Source of the DNA: a bacterium
GTDB taxonomy: Bacteria; Patescibacteriota; Minisyncoccia; Phycocordibacterales; UBA2100
Length of the DNA: 64,000 nt
Direction of reading: 5' to 3'
Assembly: GCA_009924895.1 (NCBI GenBank)
Contig: RFQR01000001.1
Location: forward strand, 79,575-143,574
Shown: positions 37,279 through 46,187 of the stretch, one piece after another
Layout: each line of letters starts with the position of its first letter
Numbering within the stretch: the first letter of the stretch is position 1
Notes under the pieces: generated by a model
Told to the model about the DNA's origin: nothing
Database searches by the model: none
Seen by the model: only the letters and a program-made list of their open reading frames with translations
Program-made: the position numbers and the translations under genes

Positions 37279-38934
37279 ATGCGCTCCATTCTACTTGGTG
37301 TGTGCATCACATGGTTTTTTTTGCTTGCTCCGTACGCGTACGTGCTGATGGCTTGGGGAACGTATTCGGTCCCGATTGAATTAGTCGACGATTCTCATTA
37401 CTATCTCGCGCGCATGGTCGCGGTTTCTCATGGATACCCGCTTATCGGGAATCCATATATCGCCGAACATGCGAATGATCCCGCCATTGCATTTTTTGGC
37501 GCTGATTGGCTTGGCGCCATACCACTGTTTTTGGGTTTTTCTGTGGTCGGCGCAGAGCTTTGGAATATTGTATTTTGGAGTGCTGCATCAGCGCTCTCGC
37601 TGTGGTATTTTGCACGTTCTTTTGCGTGGTCGTCCCGGCAGTATTTATTTTTAGTAAGTGTCGTTACGGTGTCCGCACTTCCTATGCTGTTACGACCGGT
37701 TGCAATGCAGATTGTCTTTCCGCTCTTTCTCGCATTTCTTGCCGCACTCAAAGGCTGGTTGGATGAGCCTCATAGCCATCGTCGTTCAGTACTCCTTGCA
37801 CTATTTTCGATTATTCCTTTTTATCTCTATACGTACTTTTGGCAGATTGTAGTTGTGGCGTTTGCGATTCTGCATCTAATTGCGTGGAAAAAAGCACAGT
37901 ACCGTATGCCGCTCTTTTGGGTTGACTGCGCGGTTGGTATTGGCGCTCTGCCGATGGCACTCTACACGCTGCATCAGCTTTCACTCCCGTTGTATTGGGA
38001 AACAGTCACACGAATCGGATTTGTCGCAACGCATACGTTCGGTTTTTCAGGAGTTCTCGCGGCGCTGTTTATTGTAGTTCCACTTTTTGCGCTATGGTTT
38101 TCTTATCGATCTTCACTCGATTCGTTTTGGGTGATTGTTGCGATCTCGTTGTGGGTAGCAGCGTGGAGTAATGTCATTTCAGGAAAAGATCTTGAAACTG
38201 CAGTTCACATGATGCGCTTTGTCATGGTATACGCCGTAAGTGCCAGTGTTGCGGTGCTTTTTTCTCTTGAAAATAAGAAAACCATAAGCATATACGCTGC
38301 TCTAATCTGTGTTGTGGTGGTAGGAGTATACCAACTTCATGACGTGTATCGTTTCTCGGCAGTCTTATCTTCTGACCCTCGCACGGGAGAGCAGTATGCG
38401 CCGTTGTTTACATGGCTAAACGAACATGCGCAAACGGGAGATGTCGTTCTCTCGCCGTATGATATTGGTCGGTACATGCCGATTATGACAACCCAGTTTG
38501 TTCTCTATCATCCGAACGCGGAGCTTTTTTTGATGTCAGACCGCGAGGTAGAAGACCGCTACCTCGCTTCGCATGTTTTTGACTCACTTACTTTGTCGGA
38601 TATTGAACGCGATTTTCGATTATATGCGGGTGCGGGCAATTCCTTGCATCAGTACAAAACTCATAATCGTGAAGTAACACTGTGTCGATGGTTGCAGCAA
38701 TCGGATTGTGGAGTATATGCAACAGAGTTCTCGTGGAGAGGGGAAGCATATTTTAGGTCTCTGCTCAATCGTTTCCAAGACATACAGCGGTCACCCTCTA
38801 AAACACTGCGAACATGGAATGTACGGTATGTTATTTTGGACTCAATAAAACTACCAAAATCAAACCTCCCCCTTCAGGTTCAGGTTGTGATTGGTCCGTA
38901 CACCATCTACCGAGTACCCGTTACGACTTCATGA
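37279..38934 (+). CDS. Large polytopic membrane protein, possibly a glycan polymerase or transferase
   Basis: It has more than 10 TM helices and a C-terminal soluble domain. The start was chosen just after the upstream stop. Confidence 0.5.
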   Translation: MRSILLGVCITWFFLLAPYAYVLMAWGTYSVPIELVDDSHYYLARMVAVSHGYPLIGNPYIAEHANDPAIAFFGADWLGAIPLFLGFSVVGAELWNIVFWSAASALSLWYFARSFAWSSRQYLFLVSVVTVSALPMLLRPVAMQIVFPLFLAFLAALKGWLDEPHSHRRSVLLALFSIIPFYLYTYFWQIVVVAFAILHLIAWKKAQYRMPLFWVDCAVGIGALPMALYTLHQLSLPLYWETVTRIGFVATHTFGFSGVLAALFIVVPLFALWFSYRSSLDSFWVIVAISLWVAAWSNVISGKDLETAVHMMRFVMVYAVSASVAVLFSLENKKTISIYAALICVVVVGVYQLHDVYRFSAVLSSDPRTGEQYAPLFTWLNEHAQTGDVVLSPYDIGRYMPIMTTQFVLYHPNAELFLMSDREVEDRYLASHVFDSLTLSDIERDFRLYAGAGNSLHQYKTHNREVTLCRWLQQSDCGVYATEFSWRGEAYFRSLLNRFQDIQRSPSKTLRTWNVRYVILDSIKLPKSNLPLQVQVVIGPYTIYRVPVTTS

Positions 38935-40168
38935 ACTGCCACGAAACTATCGCAGCGTTTCCGGCGCGATATATGATTTGTGCAATGACAGCGCCCATAA
39001 TCCCATAGAGCGGAACGAGGATAAGGATGGATGCAATTAAAATAATCGAAGGGCCATTGGTGACGATGTAGAGGGCACGTGTTTTTTTGTGTGCCGTCAA
39101 AGAAGCAAGAAGCATGGGCGGAATTGCAGAAAAGACAATAGAAAGTGCATACCATTGTGAATACTGCACAGAATCGAGGTACACAGGAAAGAATACTCGA
39201 AACAACAGTGGAGCAATCAGGATATAAAGACCAATACAGGCAAACGTAAACAACGAGAGGAGGAGTATTTTTCGCCAGAGTGTAACGCGCAGTTCTTCGA
39301 GTGGTCGACCGGTAAGTTTTGGTAATGAGAGGCCATAGAAATTTTTGAGCACACCTTTGAGTTGTTCAGGAGCGGCGCCTGCGAATGCATAGGTTGCCAA
39401 TTGTACAGGACCAAGAAGTGAAAAGATAATTATACTGTCGAACTTGTCAGCAATTGCCGCCAAAATATTCATCACACTGAGATGAGAACTGTAGTGGAGT
39501 AGTTCAGGGTCGGTGATGGTGTTGCGTGCGTGCGTGCGTGCCTTCCAAAAAAAGTATCCTGAAGCAATTGTTTTTGCAAGAAAATAAGTGCCGACCAAAA
39601 TAATCGCTCGTTCGCCCAAAAAAAGTGCGGCAATCATGGCAATGAAGGTAAACGTATTTGTTCCAATGAGAGAAAGAGAGCCGCGGGCAAAGTCTTTTTG
39701 GGCGAAGAAAAAACCAGCAAAGGGTGAGAGTGCTGACAATAGCGGTTGGAGAAAGGCGACAATAATCAAGGCGCTCGCCAGATATCCGTTACCAAGAAAT
39801 CCATAATAGGCGCTGGCACCTAAGGAGAGTAAGACAAAAGGCAGGCTCCATTTGATTTGCAGTTTAAATGACTGCACGAGTGTCCCGTCGAGTCCTCGTG
39901 CGACTGATTGCGACATGGCATCGCCAAGTCCCGAGAGCGAAATGGCCCCGAACATGGCGGCGAGCGATAACACGTATTTATAGTTACCGTACATGTCTTT
40001 GCTTGCAAAATGCCCAAACGCAATAGCGAGGCTCATTGAGAGCGCGATGCCAACCGCTTGTTCAAGTACGAGCCAAAACCCGCCGGAAGCCAAATACACC
40101 ATGTCGGTTTTGGTATAGCGCTCGCTCCAGCGCAGGATACTGTAAGTAGAGGCACGCAACTTATCCAT
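38921..40168 (-). CDS. Wzx-type polysaccharide flippase (MOP/MATE superfamily)
   Basis: It has 12-14 TM helices and a polysaccharide-biosynthesis-protein pattern. The start was chosen at MDKLRAST, since the longer track ORF overlaps the divergent gtrA. Confidence 0.75.
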   Translation of the reverse strand: MDKLRASTYSILRWSERYTKTDMVYLASGGFWLVLEQAVGIALSMSLAIAFGHFASKDMYGNYKYVLSLAAMFGAISLSGLGDAMSQSVARGLDGTLVQSFKLQIKWSLPFVLLSLGASAYYGFLGNGYLASALIIVAFLQPLLSALSPFAGFFFAQKDFARGSLSLIGTNTFTFIAMIAALFLGERAIILVGTYFLAKTIASGYFFWKARTHARNTITDPELLHYSSHLSVMNILAAIADKFDSIIIFSLLGPVQLATYAFAGAAPEQLKGVLKNFYGLSLPKLTGRPLEELRVTLWRKILLLSLFTFACIGLYILIAPLLFRVFFPVYLDSVQYSQWYALSIVFSAIPPMLLASLTAHKKTRALYIVTNGPSIILIASILILVPLYGIMGAVIAQIIYRAGNAAIVSWQFMKS

Positions 40169-40212
40169 ACCGGCATGGTAGCGCGAAAAAAGTAGACTTG
40201 GTAGCATAGAGC

Positions 40213-40599
40213 ATGCAAATTCCGCAGACAGCTCGATTCTTAATTGCCGGGTCGACAGGTGCTGTGGTAAATCTCTCAACGTTTTATGTGCTCGAGCAGA
40301 TATGGGATGTATGGTACATAACGGCATCTGTCTTTGCATTTTTATTAGCCTTCGTTGTTGGCTTTCTATTGCAGCGATTCTGGACGTTCGAATACACCGG
40401 GAGTGATGACTTCCATCGACATGCACTGATGTATTTTGTAACCGCGTTGGTGAATGTTGGGATTAACGCGGGCATTGTTGCGATTCTTGTTGAACGGTGG
40501 TCTCTCTGGCCCTTGTTTGCGCAAGCGCTCGCTGGTACAATTGTTGCAGTATGGAGTTTCTTTATCTACCGATATGTTATCTTTGTTGAAAAGATATGA
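40213..40599 (+). CDS. GtrA-family membrane protein
   Basis: RFLIAGSTGAVVNLSTFYVL and four TM helices over about 128 aa are present. Confidence 0.7.
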   Translation: MQIPQTARFLIAGSTGAVVNLSTFYVLEQIWDVWYITASVFAFLLAFVVGFLLQRFWTFEYTGSDDFHRHALMYFVTALVNVGINAGIVAILVERWSLWPLFAQALAGTIVAVWSFFIYRYVIFVEKI

Positions 40600-41090
40600 A
40601 GAAAAAAAATAAAAAAACAGTGGCAAAAAATGCAAAACCAAAGTGGGTTGCGGTTTCGGGTGGTTTTGACCCCATCCATATCGGGCACGTCCGCATGTTT
40701 CAACAAGCGCGCAAATATGGCGATAAACTTGTTGTGATTTTAAATAACGATAATTGGCTAGAGGCGAAAAAAGGATATGCATTCATGAATGAAAAAGAAC
40801 GCGCCGAACTCATCAGTGCATTTCCAGAAGTCGACAAGGTGGTGATTACTTCACATATAAAAAACGACTCAGATCGTAGTGTGTGTCGTGAGCTTGCTAA
40901 ATTAAAGCCAGCAGTATTTGCCAATGGTGGGGATCGAAAGCCAGATGGTGATCCGGTTCCCGAAGTTGAGCTCTGCAGTAAGCTCGGTATTAAGATGGTC
41001 TACAACATCGGCAAGGGAGGTAAGGTGCAGTCATCCTCCTGGCTGGTAAATGCTGCAATCGAGAACGCAGCAAGAAACAGGAAAGGCTAG
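40596..41090 (+). CDS. Cytidylyltransferase-like nucleotidyltransferase (TagD/RfaE-domain-II-like)
   Basis: SGGFDPIHIGHVRMF matches the HxGH motif. Confidence 0.7.
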   Translation: MKKKNKKTVAKNAKPKWVAVSGGFDPIHIGHVRMFQQARKYGDKLVVILNNDNWLEAKKGYAFMNEKERAELISAFPEVDKVVITSHIKNDSDRSVCRELAKLKPAVFANGGDRKPDGDPVPEVELCSKLGIKMVYNIGKGGKVQSSSWLVNAAIENAARNRKG

Positions 41091-41136
41091 TGGTCAACTC
41101 TAGCGGCAGGGCGGGGGGTCTGATAGCATACAGTGC

Positions 41137-43470
41137 ATGTCACTTGAAAAAGTATTGCGCGCTGTGGTCTTAACTGGAGTCTTTGCGCTCCCTTTTATTC
41201 CTTTTATTGTCTCATCAAACCTCTTCTTCCCGTTTATTACCGGTAAGAATTTTGCATTTCGTTTATTTGTTGAGATTGCAGTAGGAGCGTGGCTTGCGCT
41301 CGCTTTTGTACATCCGCAGTATCGACCGCGCCGCTCGTTTGTATTAGGTGCGTTCGTGTTTTATGCAGCCGCACTCCTCCTTTCTGCACTCTTTAGCTTC
41401 AATCCGGTTCGCAGTATCTGGAGTAATTACGAACGCATGGAGGGGTGGATAACGATTGCACACCTGGTTGCGTATCTTACCGTTTGTTTGTCGGTCATGA
41501 CGAGCGAGCGTTTGTGGCGCAATTGGTGGATGGTCTCAATGCTCGCGTCTATCGGCATCGGTCTCTTTGGGGTATTGCAGCTCATGGGAGCTCTTACCAT
41601 CAACCAGGGGGGTATTCGTCTCGATGCGACTCTTGGTAATGCGACCTATCTTGGCGTATACATGCTCTTTCACATCTTCATTGCCGTGCTCTATCTCGTT
41701 CGAGAAGGTGGTGAGTACTGGAATACGACCGAAAAAGCGGTTGTCGGTGGAGCTGCGCTTCTTTGGCTGCTCTCGGTCTTGAGCCTCCTTCAAGGTCAAC
41801 TTTCAATTGGTAAACCATTCTTTGTCCAATTTCTTCTCGCTGGTTTTGGTTTTTTGCTAGTACTGACTTTGAGACGATCGTATGCACTCTCAGCACTTAT
41901 CGCTCTTGCAGCGACCATTCTATTTTTCACCGCGACCCGTGGTGCAATGGTGGGTCTTGCAGGTGGAGCGTTTCTCGCGGCGATTACCTATGTTGTGCTT
42001 GAGCCCTGCTCGCGAATGGCATGGCGAACTGGTGTTGCAGTTATCGCAGCTCTTGCGCTTGTTGGAATGTTTTATCTCGGCCGTGAATCGACGTTTGTAC
42101 GAAATATCGAGCCACTCCAGCGACTTGCTACCATGTCGATTTCTGATAGCAGCTTTACGGGTCGTTTGGTGAACTGGAGTATGGCATGGAATGGCGTTAA
42201 GGAACGTCCGATTCTCGGTTGGGGTCAAGAAAACTACGGCCTCGTCTTTAACAAATACTTTGATCCGCGCATGTATGGGCAAGAGCCGTGGTTTGATCGA
42301 GTCCATGAAGTCGTACTTGATCAGCTTATCGCGGGCGGTATGGTAGGACTTCTTGCATACCTCTCGCTGTATCTCGCGGCACTATACTGTCTGTGGCGCA
42401 GTGGCGCGTTTGACTCGGTTGAGAAAAGTATTCTCACTGGTCTTCTTGCGGGATACTTTTTCTATCTCGTGTTTACGTTCGACAATATAACGAGTTGGGT
42501 GTTGTTTGTCTCTCTCCTTGCATTTATTGCAGTGCGTGCGGCGCTTGCACAACAATCGCGCGTCGTATTTACTTCCGGCGGTATGCCACTGCAGTCGCTT
42601 CCTATGGTGGCGGTTGTTGTATCGGTTGCCACGGTCGCAAGCATTTGGTACCTCAATGGTCCTGCGTATCTCGCTAATCGCGAATTAATTCAAGCGGTCA
42701 CGCCGCAGCGCGGAGGCGTTATCGTAAACTACGATCACTTTACCAAAGCGCTCTCGTATAACGCTCTCGGAATGCAAGAAATTCGTGAGCACCTCGCACA
42801 GGGCACGGCGCAGCTTGCAAACGCACAAAGTGTCTCTGAGGACGTCAAGAAGAAGTTCTATGATTTGGCAACCGGCGAGATGCTTACTATGCAAAAGCAG
42901 GTGCCGCTTGAGGCGCGCTTCCCGCTCTTTTTGGGCATGGTCTACACTGCGTATGGCCAGTTTGATTTGAGTGGGCAAGAGTACCAGAAAGCGCTCGCAA
43001 TCTCTCCAAAGAAAATTGATATCTTGTTCCAAGCTGGCGCGAACGCCTTGAACGCAAAGAAGAATGACCAAGCGCTTGCGTACTTCAAACAAGCGTATGA
43101 GCTGGTGCCGAACAATGATGATGCTCGCACGCTCTACGTCGCGATGGCAATTCAAGTCGGTAAACTTGATCTTGCAAAAGAGCTTACTGTGCCGCTCATG
43201 GCAAGCGACAAACTGTACCAGTCGCGTGTCATGAATGCCTATGCGGCAGGGAAGTATTACAAAGAAGTGATTGCGATTGTTCAAAATCACATCAAGTTGA
43301 AACCCTATGATCCGCAGGCCCGTTTCACGCTGGCAGCGGCATACTATCTGGCAGGCGATAAACAAACAGCAATAAAGACACTGCAAGAGGCTGCGCAGCA
43401 GTTGCCAGACATTGCTCAACAAGCGAACCAGCTTGTCGATCAAATCAAAAAAGGCACGATAAAGATTTAG
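41137..43470 (+). CDS. O-antigen-ligase/Wzy-like membrane protein fused to C-terminal TPR repeats
   Basis: It has about 12 TM helices and a TATRGAMVGL loop (Wzy_C-like). The C-terminal roughly 250 aa have TPR-like AxxY periodicity. Confidence 0.7.
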   Translation: MSLEKVLRAVVLTGVFALPFIPFIVSSNLFFPFITGKNFAFRLFVEIAVGAWLALAFVHPQYRPRRSFVLGAFVFYAAALLLSALFSFNPVRSIWSNYERMEGWITIAHLVAYLTVCLSVMTSERLWRNWWMVSMLASIGIGLFGVLQLMGALTINQGGIRLDATLGNATYLGVYMLFHIFIAVLYLVREGGEYWNTTEKAVVGGAALLWLLSVLSLLQGQLSIGKPFFVQFLLAGFGFLLVLTLRRSYALSALIALAATILFFTATRGAMVGLAGGAFLAAITYVVLEPCSRMAWRTGVAVIAALALVGMFYLGRESTFVRNIEPLQRLATMSISDSSFTGRLVNWSMAWNGVKERPILGWGQENYGLVFNKYFDPRMYGQEPWFDRVHEVVLDQLIAGGMVGLLAYLSLYLAALYCLWRSGAFDSVEKSILTGLLAGYFFYLVFTFDNITSWVLFVSLLAFIAVRAALAQQSRVVFTSGGMPLQSLPMVAVVVSVATVASIWYLNGPAYLANRELIQAVTPQRGGVIVNYDHFTKALSYNALGMQEIREHLAQGTAQLANAQSVSEDVKKKFYDLATGEMLTMQKQVPLEARFPLFLGMVYTAYGQFDLSGQEYQKALAISPKKIDILFQAGANALNAKKNDQALAYFKQAYELVPNNDDARTLYVAMAIQVGKLDLAKELTVPLMASDKLYQSRVMNAYAAGKYYKEVIAIVQNHIKLKPYDPQARFTLAAAYYLAGDKQTAIKTLQEAAQQLPDIAQQANQLVDQIKKGTIKI

Positions 43471-43472
43471 AT

Positions 43473-43907
43473 ATGACCGAGCGGATGCTCTGTGCAGGTG
43501 GCATCGTCCTTAATACCGAAGGCAAGCTCGCACTTGTTATGAGTGGTCCGAAGGACGATGCGTTCTGGGGTTTCCCGAAAGGGCATGTTGATGCTGGTGA
43601 GGACGTGAGGGGAGCGGCGCAGCGAGAAATAGAAGAGGAGACAGGACTCACGCACCTTACGTTTGTGCGCGAGCTTGGTTTCTATGAGCGATTTCGCGGA
43701 ACAAAAGGCGGGGGAGATGACACGAGCGAGCTCAAAGAAATTCACATGTTTCTGTTTCGTACCGACGAAATGGTACTTGCGCCGAACGATGAGTGGAACC
43801 CCGAGGCGCGCTGGGTTAGCGTCGATGAAGCGCTTGCACTCATCACGCATCCAAAAGATCGCGCATTTTGTGAGCGTATTCGTGGATTGATAGAGGCTGG
43901 AAAATAG
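43473..43907 (+). CDS. NUDIX hydrolase
   Basis: GFPKGHVDAGEDVRGAAQREIEEETGL is the Nudix box. Confidence 0.8.
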   Translation: MTERMLCAGGIVLNTEGKLALVMSGPKDDAFWGFPKGHVDAGEDVRGAAQREIEEETGLTHLTFVRELGFYERFRGTKGGGDDTSELKEIHMFLFRTDEMVLAPNDEWNPEARWVSVDEALALITHPKDRAFCERIRGLIEAGK

Positions 43908-43926
43908 AGTACATTTCTTGGTACTG

Positions 43927-44000
43927 TCGGGGTAGCTCAGCCGGTTAGAGCGAGCGTTTCATAAGCGCTAGGTCGAGAGTTCGAGTCTCTCCCCCGACAC
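43927..44000 (+). tRNA. tRNA-Met (anticodon CAT), elongator type; a tRNA-Ile2 with lysidine cannot be excluded
   Basis: The cloverleaf has acceptor GTCGGGG/CCCCGAC with discriminator A, D-stem GCTC/GAGC, anticodon stem AGCGT/GCGCT with loop TT-CAT-AA, and T-arm GAGAG-TTCGAGT-CTCTC. No CCA is encoded. Confidence 0.9.
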
Positions 44001-44441
44001 AAAATGAGAGACCAAATCGGTTTCGGTGGTTTTTTCTGCGGTGGCGGGCAGAAAAAACCACGGATTTTCGGGCACGCCGCGCGCTTCGCGCGCGACGAGG
44101 GTGAGGTTCGAGCCGAAGATTTTTTGGAGGGCTGCTTTTTTGGAGGGGAGGTCATTAGATTGTGCCGCTTCGTCCAATAACAAAGCGTCTTTTATCCATT
44201 TCCGCATAGGTTCGAGCCACGCGGCGGCGTTCCGTTCCAAGCGCAAGATATTCTCTTGTGCCGACCTCTTTTGAGACATCAACTCGCGCTTGCGAGATAG
44301 ATATTCTTCTCTCTCAAGATCTTGCTCCACAAAGAGGTCGGTGATTCGGGCGATTTTGCCGTCCAAATCATCAATCTTTGCCCGCATCGCTTGAACGGAC
44401 GCCGCCGTTTGAACGGCGTTAGCCGCGTCTTTCGTAGCCAT
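43968..44441 (-). pseudogene. C-terminal fragment (about 157 aa) of a large serine recombinase, with its 3' end inside tRNA-Met
   Basis: The coiled-coil tail ...LQKIFGSNLTLVAREARGVPENPWFFL aligns with the intact recombinase tail FLIRKIYTNFTIEGKNVAKSTLSAPFDAL. The last 11 codons are the reverse complement of the tRNA T-arm and acceptor, and the stop falls in the variable loop. No catalytic domain lies upstream. Confidence 0.6.
44027..44062. repeat. Perfect 14-bp inverted repeat with an 8-bp spacer, 27 bp downstream of the tRNA-Met 3' end
   Basis: The repeat is gtggttttttctgc-ggtggcgg-gcagaaaaaaccac. Confidence 0.75.
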
Positions 44442-44541
44442 ACGATCTAACTCTTCTGCCCACTCGCGCGGAAAGTGAATTACTACTGAAATTTACGACA
44501 GAAAAAGTAAAGAATATGGAAACACACTTGAAAGATTACAA

Positions 44542-44811
44542 ATGGAATACAAAGAGCATATTACAGCAGACACAGACTATAAAAACACTTTAATATCAGT
44601 AATAAATCTGGCAAAGAACGCAAAGACCTTGTTTGAAAGTTCTGAACCAAAGGAAAAACAGCAAATTATTAAATATCTTGTTCAGAACTACCAAGTAGAT
44701 GGAAAAACTCCATATTTTACAATAACAAAACCATTTAATTGGCTACTTAAAATAGCAGATGAACCAACTTGGCTGGCACATATGACGACCATCTCTCAGA
44801 AGAAGGTATAA
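44542..44811 (+). pseudogene. AT-rich C-terminal fragment (89 aa) of another serine recombinase, on the opposite strand
   Basis: QIIKYLVQNYQVDGKTPYFTITKPFNWLLKI aligns with FLIRKIYTNFTIEGKNVAKSTLSAPFDALYTLKI of the intact recombinase. GC is about 30%. No N-terminal catalytic region is present. Confidence 0.5.
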
Positions 44812-45338
44812 AACAAGTTCGACCTCTTGCAGCAAAGATGTCGCAGAAAGGAATACAGAAAATATTCTCTAGTCCACTTATTCGCGCACGAGAAACAGCA
44901 ACTATTCTTGCGGACTCGATTGACTGCTCGGTTGAAACTGTTGACGATTTGAAAGAACGAAACCAGTACGGTATTTTGGCTGGAATAAAAAAAGAAGAGG
45001 CGCAAGAGCGGTATCCTGAGCTTGTTGAGAATCTGAAAGATCGCATGAATATTATACAAGGCGCGGAATCATACGAGAACTTTCGTAACCATGTGGTTAG
45101 TGGGATAGAAACCGTGCTCGCGAAATCTGAGCAAGAGAATCTTCAGATCGTAGCTGTTGTCTGGCACGGCGGTCCGATGCGTGTCCTCTTTCGCGATTAT
45201 TTGAAATGGGGAGATCTCACGACGACAGAGGACTGCTGTTGGGCAGAATTTGGTATTGAACAAGGTGTCTGGAGGACTACCGTCTCAGAAGGCATCACGT
45301 TTGCTTTTGATACTGAAATAAGCAATGACGTCAGTTAG
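44769..45338 (+). pseudogene. Histidine-phosphatase (PGAM-family) gene lacking the N-terminal RHG catalytic motif
   Basis: The ORF aligns from the G..D.PLse.G..QA region onward (GTYDDHLSEEGIKQV). An in-frame TGA immediately upstream and the AT-rich recombinase fragment replace the roughly 20 residues that should carry RHGxT. Only a TTG start is available. Confidence 0.55.
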
Positions 45339-45413
45339 TTAGGAACAAGGTGCCCCAGGCACAGTAAGTGGCAATCACTTTTGCATCCTTGAAAAATTGG
45401 GTACTATAGAGGC

Positions 45414-46031
45414 ATGGCTAAATACATCATCAGTGGAATTATTCTTATCATACTTGCAGTGGGTGGGGGATATTACCTTCAAAATAAAAATGCCATCGCA
45501 TCTGCACCGGTTCCTGTAATCGAGCAGCCGCAACCGTTTGTGGCATCGACGAGTACCTACGCATCATCGTCATATTCAATCGTCTATCCAAACGAGTTTA
45601 TAAAAAATGAGAACTATGTGAACGATGCGTTTGGTCCAAAAAAATTGATTCATGGCGTGCAGTTCACTATTTCAGAGTCGATGGCAACTGGTACGAATCT
45701 TGCTATGAGCGATACCGGGGTTTCGGTAGAGCAGCTTCCACGCGCACAAAAATGCTCTGGCGATATTTACCTCAAAGAGAACGTGAAAGCGCAAACCGTG
45801 AATGAAAATGGTGTTGAATATTCTCTCGCGACCACGACGCGCGAAGTAGGCGGAGCAGTCGTTGAAGAAATGGTATACACACTCACTGCAAGTAAGCCCT
45901 GCACCGCACTGCGGTACCGAATCACGCTTCTCGACCTGGGTCCTGCAGCGACGAGCACTCGTGAATACGACCGCACCGCACTCCTCAAAGAATTCGACAG
46001 TATTCGTTTCTCGCTCAAGCTCGCGCAGTGA
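45414..46031 (+). CDS. Signal-anchored hypothetical protein
   Basis: The N-terminal helix is MAKYIISGIILIILAVGGGYY. It is separated from the next open frame only by an in-frame TGA. Confidence 0.4.
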   Translation: MAKYIISGIILIILAVGGGYYLQNKNAIASAPVPVIEQPQPFVASTSTYASSSYSIVYPNEFIKNENYVNDAFGPKKLIHGVQFTISESMATGTNLAMSDTGVSVEQLPRAQKCSGDIYLKENVKAQTVNENGVEYSLATTTREVGGAVVEEMVYTLTASKPCTALRYRITLLDLGPAATSTREYDRTALLKEFDSIRFSLKLAQ

Positions 46032-46187
46032 ACCACAGTCGTTGGAAACTACAACAACGGTTCCGACGAGAACCTCACCTTTACGGTCTGTACTGGCGAC
46101 ACTGTTTCCTCTGGCGCCAAAACCATCACCATCGGTGCTGCAACCAAGCTCATCACGAACCCTTCAAGTTCCGGTTCCTATCGCATC

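Noticed and set aside
40169-40426. An extended start for the flippase gene on the minus strand
   Set aside because: The extension overlaps the divergent gtrA gene and has a non-membrane-like composition. The first TM helix begins just after the MDKLRAST start.
44442-44541. A promoter or regulatory role for the AT-rich 100-bp gap between the two recombinase fragments
   Set aside because: Both flanking ORFs are 5'-truncated remnants, so any promoter-like AT-rich hexamers here are uninterpretable. The gap is more simply a deletion scar.
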